Origin: an uncultured bacterium
GTDB lineage: Bacteria; Armatimonadota; Hebobacteria; CAIYQO01
NCBI GenBank assembly: GCA_964472305.1
Contig: CAYYJR010000001.1
Coordinates: forward strand, 117,220-181,219
DNA: 64,000 nt
Direction: 5' to 3'
Below the pieces are notes generated by a model. The model saw nothing but the letters and a program-made list of their open reading frames with translations, ran no database searches and was not told where the DNA came from. The first letter of the stretch is position 1. Every line of letters begins with the position of its first letter. Positions 9,993 through 19,230 of the stretch are shown here, piece by piece. Both the position numbers and the translations under genes were made by a program.

Positions 9993-10874
9993 TTATATCG
10001 CTGGCGGTGTATGCAGGAGCGGAAAGCCCATGGCCTCGCGTTGGCGCAGGTAACCGGCGGCGCAGCGGTGGGCGAGGGCGCGGACGCGGTCGATGTAGCC
10101 GGTGCGCTGCGTGACGGAGATGGCGCCGCGCGCGTCGAGCATGTTGAAGGTGTGCGAACAGCGCAGGGTCAGGTCATAGGCGGGGGCGGTGTCCTCGGCG
10201 TCCAGCAGGCGATGCGCGTCGCGTTCGTAGACATCGAACAGCGTTTGTGCCAGCACGGGATCGGACAGTTCGAAGGTGTAGCGTCCCCATTCGTGCTCAT
10301 CCTGACGAAAAATTTCACCGTAGCGCACCAGTGCGTTCCAGTGCAGTTGCTGGTAGTGATCGACGTGCTGCGCGGCCATGCAGATGCGCTCCAGGCCATA
10401 CGTCAGTTCAACGGAGATGGGCGACAGGTCGATGCCGCCCGCGATCTGAAAATAGGTAAACTGGGTGATCTCCAATCCGTCCAGCCACACCTGCCAGCCC
10501 ACTCCGGACGCGCCGAGGGTGGGGGACTCCCAGTCGTCTTCCATGAAGCGGATGTCATGGTGGCGCGGGTCGAAACCCAGCGCGTGCAGGCTTTCCAGGT
10601 ACAACTCCTGGATGTTGTCGGGCGAAGGTTTCAAGGCGACCTGGTACTGATAATGGCGATACAGCCGGTAGGGATTCTCGCCATACCGGCTGTCGGCGGG
10701 ACGGCGGGACGGCTGCACGTAGGCAACCTGCCACGGCTCGGGACCGAGCGCGCGCAGGAAGGTCGCCGGATGCATGGTGCCTGCTCCCATCTCGACATCA
10801 TAGGGTTGCTCGATCAGGCACCCGCGCCGGGCCCAGTATTCTTCGAGTGTTCGGATAGTCTCCTGGAACGTCAC
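9993..10874 (-). CDS. glyQ: glycine--tRNA ligase alpha subunit
   Basis: [18 protein letters not shown]...[19 protein letters not shown]...YVQPSRRP is highly similar to GlyQ. Start placed at GTG (V of RAVTFQE) by alignment to the E. coli N-terminus. No glyS is adjacent. Confidence 0.85.
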   Translation of the reverse strand: MTFQETIRTLEEYWARRGCLIEQPYDVEMGAGTMHPATFLRALGPEPWQVAYVQPSRRPADSRYGENPYRLYRHYQYQVALKPSPDNIQELYLESLHALGFDPRHHDIRFMEDDWESPTLGASGVGWQVWLDGLEITQFTYFQIAGGIDLSPISVELTYGLERICMAAQHVDHYQQLHWNALVRYGEIFRQDEHEWGRYTFELSDPVLAQTLFDVYERDAHRLLDAEDTAPAYDLTLRCSHTFNMLDARGAISVTQRTGYIDRVRALAHRCAAGYLRQREAMGFPLLHTPPAI

Positions 10875-11132
10875 CGCGCGCAACCTTTCGGGGGCGGATA
10901 CGCGGCGATTATAACACACCGCTCAGCCGGGTCGCAAGGAGACAGGTGATCTTTTCGTATAATCGAGAGGTAACATAGTGCATTGAATAGAAAAATAAGG
11001 AATAATATTATAGAATAACCGTTCAGCATCCCTCCCCAGTTCGTCTCCATGGCGGGGGACGGAGCGCTGAACGGTTGTCCGTTGGGTACACGGATAAGAC
11101 TGTTTCCGAATCGACTACTGCTGGGGGAGAGC

Positions 11133-11567
11133 ATGCGTTTCGCACGCCGCGGATTCACCCTGATCGAAATCCTAATTGTCGTAACCATCATCTCCGTGCT
11201 GATGCTGATCATCATCCCGCGGGTCATGCTGGCGACGACGCAGGCGCGCGAGGACGCGCTGAAGGAAAATCTGCGGCACATGCGGCTGGCAGTGATGCTG
11301 TTCCAATCCGATACCGGCGGCTATCCGACTGCCCTGGAGCAACTGGTGGTGCCGCGGCACCATGCCGCCTCCTTGCTGCCGGAGAAGGATGCCACCGGCA
11401 TGCCCATCAGCGCGGAAGGCTATCGCGGTCCGTATCTCAATCCCGCGCGCATGCCGACCGATCCCTTCACCCGCACCGGCACCTGGGGCTACGACCCGAC
11501 CACCGGCGAAATTACCAGCTTATCCGATCGCACCGCCATCGACGGCTCGCATTACTCCCAGTGGTAA
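11133..11567 (+). CDS. prepilin-type N-terminal cleavage/methylation domain protein (type II secretion pseudopilin / type IV pilin-like)
   Basis: MRFARRGFTLIEILIVVTIISVLMLII carries the class III signal motif G/FTLIE. RBS GGGGGAG upstream. Confidence 0.75.
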   Translation: MRFARRGFTLIEILIVVTIISVLMLIIIPRVMLATTQAREDALKENLRHMRLAVMLFQSDTGGYPTALEQLVVPRHHAASLLPEKDATGMPISAEGYRGPYLNPARMPTDPFTRTGTWGYDPTTGEITSLSDRTAIDGSHYSQW

Positions 11568-11845
11568 CCTGCGTTCGTCACGCAACAGTTCTCGACGGTT
11601 CAGCGAGGGTGTTTCAGTCGTCACTCCGGAACGGAACTACTGTCCCCTCCCCGTCTCGGCGCAGCACTGCCCGCCTCTTTTCACCTGTCCCGTCGGGACA
11701 ACCGTATGCACGGCCGTGGCTTGCGGGGATGAAGCCGCCTGATGGCGCCGGTATTTCCGCAGAACTGATCCTCCGCAGACAAAACCGCCGGGAGGTATCA
11801 TCAATACCTTCCGGCGGCATAACGGTTTGAGACTCGACGGTTTCC

Positions 11846-13168
11846 TTATTTCGCGCACTTGCAGCGCATGCCATCGAAATATCCCACCGTGGGCAACTCG
11901 CCTACCAGCGGGCGCGCGTATTCGATGAAGTCGGGGGTGACGTAACTGCCGCTGGCGGCGATGAAATGATCGGGCAGCGACTTGGTCTCTTTCGCCACTT
12001 CGCACAGCGGAGTGCAGATGTAGTCGATGCCATATTTGCCGTCATGTGCGGTGCGGATCATGGAGACGCTGCCGTCCTGGTCCTGCTGCGTGGCGTATCG
12101 CACCGCCTGGCGGCCGCACTCGCGGGCTTCGGCGGCGTCCACGTCGCTGACCACGCCGGGGAAGGAGCGCTGCAGATAACCGAAGGTGTCGGCGCGCACA
12201 CGCAGTTTGCTGCCCAGTTCGCTGCGCAGGTAATTCGCCAGCCAGTCGCCCAGCATGCCGGACCCGGACAACTGAATGTTGCCGTGTGAATCGCGCTCGA
12301 TACCGCTGAATTTTTTCCACAGCGCGGTGAGTTTGTCCAGATGCTCCTCGGCGACCAGCGCGTCGATGTCGCGCATGGTGCCTTCCAGTTCCTTCACAAT
12401 CACTTCCGCGAAGGTCGTATGCCCGTCGCCGGCTGTGGCGTCTACGATGCCTTCCGACACGGCGATGATGCAGCGGCCCAGGCGATTGTAGACTTCGGCC
12501 ACTTCATCGCGAATCTGTTCGCGGGTCACCGGACGCTCTGGCAGGTAGATGAGATGCGGGCCATCGTCGTCGTGGTTTTTCGCCAGCGCGGCGGCGGCGG
12601 TGAGGAAGCCGGCGTGGCGGCCCATGATGACGTTGATCTTGATGCCGGGCAGCGAGCGGTTGTCCATGTTGTCGCCGATGAAGGCGCTGGCGACGAATTT
12701 CGCGGCGCTGCCGTACCCCGGGCAGTGGTCGGTGACGCGCAAGTCATTGTCCACCGTCTTCGGCACATGGAAGCAGCGCAACTCGTAGCGCGCCTCGGTG
12801 GCCATCTGGTTCACGATGAACGCGGTTTCCGCAGAATCGTTACCGCCGATGTAGAAGAAATATCGCACATCGTTTTTCTTCATCACTTCGAACATCTGGA
12901 CGCACTCGTCCTTGGTCGGCTTCTTGCGTACCGAGCCCAGCGCGGACGACGGCGTCGCGGCGACGGCTTCCAGGGTCTCCTTGCTTTCGTTGAACAGGTC
13001 TACGAAACTCTCGCCCAGGATGCCTTTCACGCCGTGGCGTGCCCCGAGCAGGTGTTCGATTTCCGGCATGAGCTGCGCGGTTTCGATCACGCCGATCAAG
13101 CTTTGATTGATGACGGCAGTGGGACCGCCGGACTGTCCGACAATCGCGTTGCCTCGTAACTTGGCCAC
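11846..13168 (-). CDS. 6-phosphofructokinase family protein (long form; PPi- or ATP-dependent not resolvable)
   Basis: 440 aa with GQSGGPTAVIN, GGNDS and MGRHAGF motifs typical of the PFK family. GTG start with GGAGG RBS. Confidence 0.8.
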   Translation of the reverse strand: MAKLRGNAIVGQSGGPTAVINQSLIGVIETAQLMPEIEHLLGARHGVKGILGESFVDLFNESKETLEAVAATPSSALGSVRKKPTKDECVQMFEVMKKNDVRYFFYIGGNDSAETAFIVNQMATEARYELRCFHVPKTVDNDLRVTDHCPGYGSAAKFVASAFIGDNMDNRSLPGIKINVIMGRHAGFLTAAAALAKNHDDDGPHLIYLPERPVTREQIRDEVAEVYNRLGRCIIAVSEGIVDATAGDGHTTFAEVIVKELEGTMRDIDALVAEEHLDKLTALWKKFSGIERDSHGNIQLSGSGMLGDWLANYLRSELGSKLRVRADTFGYLQRSFPGVVSDVDAAEARECGRQAVRYATQQDQDGSVSMIRTAHDGKYGIDYICTPLCEVAKETKSLPDHFIAASGSYVTPDFIEYARPLVGELPTVGYFDGMRCKCAK

Positions 13169-13354
13169 AGTTAAACCTCCACTTCACATTGCGCCGGCAA
13201 GGGCCGACGGAAAATTCGTACATAGGGTAGCCAATATTGGTGGATTTCGTCAATGCGGACGGGAGGGGTGACCAGTGACGGGTGCGCAGTGTCCGGTGAC
13301 AAGCGATGGGTGATCACCAGCGTGTGGAACAGGGTGACGATCACTGGTGAGTCA

Positions 13355-14173
13355 TCACGCAGGCCCTGCCCCTAACTGTTCGGTGACGAATGCGTAATCG
13401 GCTGGCTCGTCGATGTCAAGGGTGATGCCGGGGTGAGGGATTGACACCGGCAGCAGTCCGATGCCGAAGCGGCGTGAGGCTATGGACGCCATGTGCGCCA
13501 GCGTCAGCAGGTGCCACATATGGACGCCCAGCACGTAGCTGAGGCCGACGCGCAACCCGATGGCCAATGCTGAGGAGATGGGATTCTTGCGCGCGTGATA
13601 GAGCGCGTTCATGCGGCGGGTGGCGTGAGTGTTTCGCATCAGGCGCGGATCGACCAGGAACAGGTTGCCGTGGCAGATGGAGGCGTCTTTAAAGCGGTTA
13701 AACGGCTTGGGGAAATTCACGTACGGGCCGGTGTAATACTGCTGCGGCACTACGGAGAGGAACATATTCTCCGCATACTCGGTTTCGATGACCGCACAGC
13801 CGGTGAGGAAATCGGAGATGGCCCGCGGAGTGATGAGCGGCAGGTCGGCGGTGGCGAACAGCACCATCGGCGCATCGGCGAAGTGCGACAGCCCGCTGAA
13901 GATGCTTTCGATCAGCGATCCGCCGTCCGGCGCGTAGAGATAACGATCACCTTCCGCGCCTAGCGCCGCACGCAGTTCGGCTTCGGGACCGACGATGCAG
14001 ATGCGCTGCACCTGTGGCACTGTGCGCAACGCATCGAGTGTGTAGCGGATGGCGGGTTGGCCGCCGATCGGCAGCAACGCTTTATACCCCGGAGTATCGC
14101 CCGCGAACAACGCGATCTGGTTCACGCCGCCGGCTAACACTACGGCATCGATGCGATCAGTCTGAACACGCAT
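13355..14173 (-). CDS. nucleotidyltransferase family protein (MobA-like NTP-transferase fold)
   Basis: Start at MRVQTDRIDAVVLAGGVNQ with RBS GGAGGAGCGGAGG. A VVLAGG...G....K.LLP..G.P glycine-rich NTP-binding motif. Confidence 0.6.
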   Translation of the reverse strand: MRVQTDRIDAVVLAGGVNQIALFAGDTPGYKALLPIGGQPAIRYTLDALRTVPQVQRICIVGPEAELRAALGAEGDRYLYAPDGGSLIESIFSGLSHFADAPMVLFATADLPLITPRAISDFLTGCAVIETEYAENMFLSVVPQQYYTGPYVNFPKPFNRFKDASICHGNLFLVDPRLMRNTHATRRMNALYHARKNPISSALAIGLRVGLSYVLGVHMWHLLTLAHMASIASRRFGIGLLPVSIPHPGITLDIDEPADYAFVTEQLGAGPA

Positions 14174-14347
14174 ACCTTGCCTCCGCTCCTCCAATTCCAC
14201 CCGCGTCTGTCTTGATCCTTGTACATTGTAGCGCGTTTTACGGAAATGAGCGAATACGCGACAGGTTTTCGTGCCGTCGACCGCGATGGCCGGCATGGTG
14301 TCGCCTTGCCCTTGTGAGTGAGTGGTGTAATCTGGTAGACTCATGGT

Positions 14348-15730
14348 ATGGCAACTTCCGATCCGCGCGCCGTGGCCTTTACCGTGCTGCTGCGCATTGA
14401 AGAAGGCGCGGCGGCGAACGCGGCGCTGGAGCAGGCGCTAGAGCGCGCCGAACTGGAGCCGCGCGACCGCGGACTGGTGACCGAACTGGTCGATGGCACG
14501 CTGCGCTGGCAGGGACGCCTCGATTATCAACTCGGTAAACTGGTCGATCGCCCGCTCACCCACCTGCCGGCACCGATCCGCATCATCTTGCGGATCGGTG
14601 CGTACCAGTTGACACGGTTGGAGCGCATTCCCGCCCACGCCGCGGTGCACAGCGCGGTGGCGCTTGCTCGCCGCCATGGGCACGAAGGCACCGCGAAGCT
14701 GGTCAACGCGGTGCTGCGCAAGCTGGAGCGTGAAGGCGCCGCGTTGGCGTTTCCCGATCCCGCCTTCGATCCGGTGGGCTATCTGTCCACGGCCTATTCC
14801 CACCCGGCTTGGTTGGTGGAACGCTGGCTGACGCGTTTCGGGTTTGCGGAGACGGAAGCATTGCTGCTGCTCGACAACACCCCGCCACCCGTCACCCTGC
14901 GCATCAACCGGCGCTGGATCACCCGCGAAGGATTGATGGCGATCTTCGCGATGCACGAGGTCGAGGTGGCGCCGACGCCGATGTCGCCGTGGGGGCTGTA
15001 TCTGCTCGCTGGGGGCAACCCGCGCGAGTTGGACGAATATCGCGAGGGATTATTCAGCATCCAGGGTGAAGGCTCCATGCTGATGGTGGAGTTGCTGCGT
15101 CCCGGACGTAATCGCCAAGGCTGGGATCTGGCGTCCGGGGTGGGCGGCAAGGCCACCTACCTGGCGGAATGGACCGACGATTCCGGCTCCATCTTGGCCA
15201 CCGACACCTCGCAAGAGCGCATCAATATCCTGGCAAAGGAGATGGTGCGTCTGCAACTGGAGTCCATCAAGTTGTTCCGCGGCGACGCCCGCACCTTCCC
15301 GCTGGAGCCGGAAACGAAAGATTACGCGCTGGTGGATGCCCCCTGTTCCGGCACCGGCTCGCTGCGCCGTCAGGCGGACGCACGCTGGAAGAAAACCCCC
15401 GAGCAACTACCGGAGCTGGCCGTGCTGCAGCGCGAGTTGCTGGAAGCTGCCGCGCGCGCCATCAAGCCGGGCGGCATCATCCTCTACTGCACCTGTTCGC
15501 TGGAACCGGAAGAAAACGAGCAGGTGGTGGAGTCGTTCCTGGCCGACCACCCGGAATGGACGCTGGAGCAAGCCGGCGCCAAGCACCCCGGCCTGCCCGA
15601 CGACGCGCGCGATCCCGCTGGCTATGTGCGCCTGCTGCCCCAGCGCCATGGCACCGACGGCTTCTTCGCCGCGCGCCTGGTGAAAGCATTCCCCCCGGAG
15701 AGCCCCAGCGCTTCGCTGATTTCGGAATGA
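14348..15730 (+). CDS. rsmB: 16S rRNA (cytosine-C5)-methyltransferase RsmB/Sun family
   Basis: 460 aa with an N-terminal NusB-like domain and a C-terminal SAM methyltransferase domain carrying DAPCSGTGSLRRQAD and PGGIILYCTCSL motifs. Confidence 0.85.
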   Translation: MATSDPRAVAFTVLLRIEEGAAANAALEQALERAELEPRDRGLVTELVDGTLRWQGRLDYQLGKLVDRPLTHLPAPIRIILRIGAYQLTRLERIPAHAAVHSAVALARRHGHEGTAKLVNAVLRKLEREGAALAFPDPAFDPVGYLSTAYSHPAWLVERWLTRFGFAETEALLLLDNTPPPVTLRINRRWITREGLMAIFAMHEVEVAPTPMSPWGLYLLAGGNPRELDEYREGLFSIQGEGSMLMVELLRPGRNRQGWDLASGVGGKATYLAEWTDDSGSILATDTSQERINILAKEMVRLQLESIKLFRGDARTFPLEPETKDYALVDAPCSGTGSLRRQADARWKKTPEQLPELAVLQRELLEAAARAIKPGGIILYCTCSLEPEENEQVVESFLADHPEWTLEQAGAKHPGLPDDARDPAGYVRLLPQRHGTDGFFAARLVKAFPPESPSASLISE

Positions 15731-15820
15731 TCGACCGGTGCGTCACACGACGTAATCGCACGGAACAACGACGGTTCCGTGCGATTACGTCTTTTTGTTG
15801 ACTTGCCGGCGCTCCCTGGA

Positions 15821-16729
15821 CTATGTCGCGGCTTTTTCCGGCGCCCCTTGCGCAGCGAGCAAGCTGGCGAGTAGTTCGCGGCTGCCGTCGGGCACCAGCA
15901 CGAGTTGGGCGTCGCTGCTCAGCACGCGTTCCGTCTCCAGAATCTGGAACATCGCCTCGCACACTTCCTCGTCGCGCACAATTTCCGCCAGTGACTTGCC
16001 GATGACGGCCGGGCGCACGGTGGCGGCTTTGGCGAATTCGACGGCGGCGTTGCGTTCCGCGGTGCTGGTGATGACGCTCACCTGGTTAACGCCGTCCTGC
16101 TTGATAGCCGAGGTTACCTGGCGCAGACGGTTTACCACTTTGCTCTCGATTTGATGAATCATCTCCGCATCGCGGAAGTGCACTTTGCGGATGTAGATCG
16201 AGCCGAGCATGTAACCCCACTCGTGCGACTTGGGCGATACTTCGTCGCGCACCGTCTGGCTCATGGCGTGACGATCGACCATCATTTTATCCAGCGGCAG
16301 GTTGCTGAGACAGCGGACGGTCGAGTTGCTGACGTTGGCGGACAGCGATCCGCGCGGATCGGTGTTTTTGAACAGGTAGGCAACGGGATCGCTGATGAAC
16401 ATTTCATACCAGATGCCGATGCCCATCGGCGCGCCTTCTTCGGAATTCACCGGCTGGCTGCGCAGGTATTCCTGGTCCAACCGCATATCGAGGCGGTAGC
16501 ACTTGCCGAAGAAGTTCACGATAAGTGCGTATAACCCCATTTTGGGGAAAAGGAAGTGCAGGCCGGGCTCATCGATAATGGCGATGACGCGCCCGAACAG
16601 CACGAACACCTGACACTGGCGCTCTTCGACGACGGTGTAGAACCCGAACAATCGGAAAATCCCGAAGAGAATGGGGACGGCGATGGAACAGCCGATAAAC
16701 GCGATGATCGCGATAATGATGATCGTCAT
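15821..16729 (-). CDS. SPFH/band-7 domain membrane protein (stomatin/HflC-like)
   Basis: 302 aa with an N-terminal TM helix and an SPFH core. It overlaps the upstream SPFH gene by 1 nt. Confidence 0.7.
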   Translation of the reverse strand: MTIIIIAIIAFIGCSIAVPILFGIFRLFGFYTVVEERQCQVFVLFGRVIAIIDEPGLHFLFPKMGLYALIVNFFGKCYRLDMRLDQEYLRSQPVNSEEGAPMGIGIWYEMFISDPVAYLFKNTDPRGSLSANVSNSTVRCLSNLPLDKMMVDRHAMSQTVRDEVSPKSHEWGYMLGSIYIRKVHFRDAEMIHQIESKVVNRLRQVTSAIKQDGVNQVSVITSTAERNAAVEFAKAATVRPAVIGKSLAEIVRDEEVCEAMFQILETERVLSSDAQLVLVPDGSRELLASLLAAQGAPEKAAT

Positions 16730-17727
16730 TATTTCACCTCCTTGATGGTGCGGCGCGCCTTCTCCAGCAAGCCCAGTTTGACGTTGCGCACGTATAACGG
16801 CAGCACGGCCGGATTCGACATTTTCAGCGTGGAAAGCTGCGCCGCCAGCCGCGTCAGCGGTTCGACCTCCGCCTGCGCCTTCAGCGTCTCGATTTCCACC
16901 GCCCGCCTGGACTGTACGATCTTCTGATCGGCGGAGGCTTGCGCCAGGCTGATGTCGGACGACACCTGGTTGTGTGCGGTATTGATAGCTGCCAGCGCCG
17001 ATTCCACCTCCGGCGGCGGATCGATGCCGGTAATGAGCGACGCTTCCAGCACGATGCCATAACGTGCCGCGGAGGAGCGGCTTTCCAGATCCATATGGTC
17101 GTTCAAATCGCGCAGGTTCTTGCGCAGATCGTTGATGGAGATGCCTTGCACGATGGCGGAATCGGGTTGCATGTCTTCGGCAACCTCGACCGCACGTGCT
17201 GTCGGCGCCTCGAAGTTGGCGATGCGTTCGCGCAGCACGGAGACGAAGTAACCCATGATGTGCGCGATGGGGCTCTTCACCCCGAACAGATATGCATACA
17301 GATTGCGCTCGCTGACGCGATAGCGTATCTGGCCGGTGAGCCCGGTGTTCAATTGGTCCTTCGTCACCGCTTCCAATATGGTCCCGCCGTTGTTAGCCCT
17401 GGGCGCCAACGGATCGTATGCCATACTGACCGTTTCCGTGGCGATGGAGACTTTATGGATTTTCTCCCACGGCCATTTGAAATACGGCCCGCCGGGCATG
17501 ATGACGCGCATCTGCGGAAAGGCGTAACGCTGGCGTTCGTCATCGCGCAACGTATCCGCGATGGGATCGTCCAGGGTGGTAGAGTTGCCCACGCGCTGTG
17601 CCCGTCCGAATACCGTCTTTACCGCGCGTTGATTCTGATCAACCGAGTAAAAGCCGGTGAGAATGCAGCGGACGAAAAACCACGCGAGAGCGCCGATCAC
17701 GATTCCATTGAGGATTTCTTGCTCCAT
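16729..17727 (-). CDS. SPFH/band-7 domain membrane protein (HflK-like)
   Basis: 332 aa with an N-terminal TM helix and a VDQNQRAVKTVFGR band-7 signature. First gene of the two-gene pair. Confidence 0.75.
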   Translation of the reverse strand: MEQEILNGIVIGALAWFFVRCILTGFYSVDQNQRAVKTVFGRAQRVGNSTTLDDPIADTLRDDERQRYAFPQMRVIMPGGPYFKWPWEKIHKVSIATETVSMAYDPLAPRANNGGTILEAVTKDQLNTGLTGQIRYRVSERNLYAYLFGVKSPIAHIMGYFVSVLRERIANFEAPTARAVEVAEDMQPDSAIVQGISINDLRKNLRDLNDHMDLESRSSAARYGIVLEASLITGIDPPPEVESALAAINTAHNQVSSDISLAQASADQKIVQSRRAVEIETLKAQAEVEPLTRLAAQLSTLKMSNPAVLPLYVRNVKLGLLEKARRTIKEVK

Positions 17728-18178
17728 ACAAACCTCCTATAGTGTTGCATTATATTGTGAGGGGATGGCATGTTCGTCATGCCGGTTGCCAATCGGCAGT
17801 GTAACCTTCATCAGTTATCATACACCATATTTTCCGTGTGTGGGTGGATTCCTGATAATGGCATTTGGTCATCGGCTGGTCTCCTGCCTGGCGCAAACGC
17901 GAATCGCACCCTTCGCCGTTGCGAGGGAAGGCGTGTTGGGGAAAGCACGACAGTCCAGAACTACAGAACACACGTTTCTCAGACTGGAGAGGGCGCTGGC
18001 TCCGCAACCGGATTGTCTGCCGGAACATGACGCGCGCCTATTCACAACACCACATCTGCTGACCGTTGGTGCCCCGCATACCCTCGTGCCGCGTTGACAC
18101 TCGATCAACCGCGCCCGTATAATGCAGTCAGACCGTCGCTCGTTCACATTGCGGTCTACCGGGATCAGTGACGACCAT

Positions 18179-19165
18179 ATGCAATATATTGACCTGCACC
18201 CATCGCTCTCACAGTGGATGAGGGAAATTAATACTCGACTGACAACGCTGTTCACCGGCGAGTCTCCCGCATTGCACGCTGCGGGTTTGGCGGTGGTGGG
18301 GTCACGCGGAAAGCGATTGCGACCGGTGTCGCTGTTGCTCTCCTGCGCGAATTTCGGGGAGGTGACGGAGCGGGCGTTGACTTTCTCCGTATTGGTGGAA
18401 TTGATACACACCGCCTCGCTGGCGCACGACGATGTGATCGACGAAGCCGATTCCCGTCGCGGCATGCCGTCCGCTCCCGCGCGCTGGGGCAATAAATTTT
18501 CCATATTGCTGGGCGATTTTCTTTTCGCGCGCGTCTTTGAACTGGCCACCACGGATGGCGACCGGGTGCCGTTGCAGCTCTTATCGTCCGCCTCGACGGA
18601 GATGGGGCGCGCCGTCATCACGGAATGCGCCGGCCTGGATTTCGACAGCACGGAAGCGGATTACCTGCAGGTGATTTACGGAAAAACCGCCTCGCTGTTC
18701 GCGGCGGCTACCGCCATCGGGGCACATCTGGGCGGCGCCACCTATGCGCAGCGCGAGGCGCTGGGCCGGCTGGGTGGGGCATTCGGCATGGCCTTCCAAC
18801 TGGCGGACGATTTGCTGGACCTGCAAGGCACCGATGTGGATACCGGCAAACCGCTGGGTAACGACTGGGCGCAACGCCGCGTCACGCTGCCGCTCATCCA
18901 GGCGCTACGGCATGCGCCACCCTCCATCGGCGACGAGATACGCGCACTCTGGCGTCAGGATCCGTTTACTACCGACCATCAGCGCTCGCTGTTCTATCTG
19001 GTGGAAGCCGCGGGAGGGTTTGAGTATGGTTGGCAGAAGGTAAAGGAATATCGGGAAGAAGCGTGCGGCAACCTGGATGATCTTCCGGCTAGCCATGGGC
19101 GTGACGCATTGCGGCACTTGTGCACCGACGCGTTTCCGTTGCCGATAATGCCCGCCGCGGTCTGA
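18179..19165 (+). CDS. polyprenyl diphosphate synthase (IspB/HepT family, trans-IPPS)
   Basis: LAHDDVIDEADSRRG and FQLADDLLD carry the two DDxxD motifs. Start moved to MQYIDL because the ATG at 18122 sits inside a TATAAT-like box; the start is uncertain. Confidence 0.8.
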   Translation: MQYIDLHPSLSQWMREINTRLTTLFTGESPALHAAGLAVVGSRGKRLRPVSLLLSCANFGEVTERALTFSVLVELIHTASLAHDDVIDEADSRRGMPSAPARWGNKFSILLGDFLFARVFELATTDGDRVPLQLLSSASTEMGRAVITECAGLDFDSTEADYLQVIYGKTASLFAAATAIGAHLGGATYAQREALGRLGGAFGMAFQLADDLLDLQGTDVDTGKPLGNDWAQRRVTLPLIQALRHAPPSIGDEIRALWRQDPFTTDHQRSLFYLVEAAGGFEYGWQKVKEYREEACGNLDDLPASHGRDALRHLCTDAFPLPIMPAAV

Positions 19166-19230
19166 GCGATTCCGTGCGATCACGGACCCGCCTGATCCAC
19201 GGTGCGTAAGACCGTTCACAAGGAGATTCC

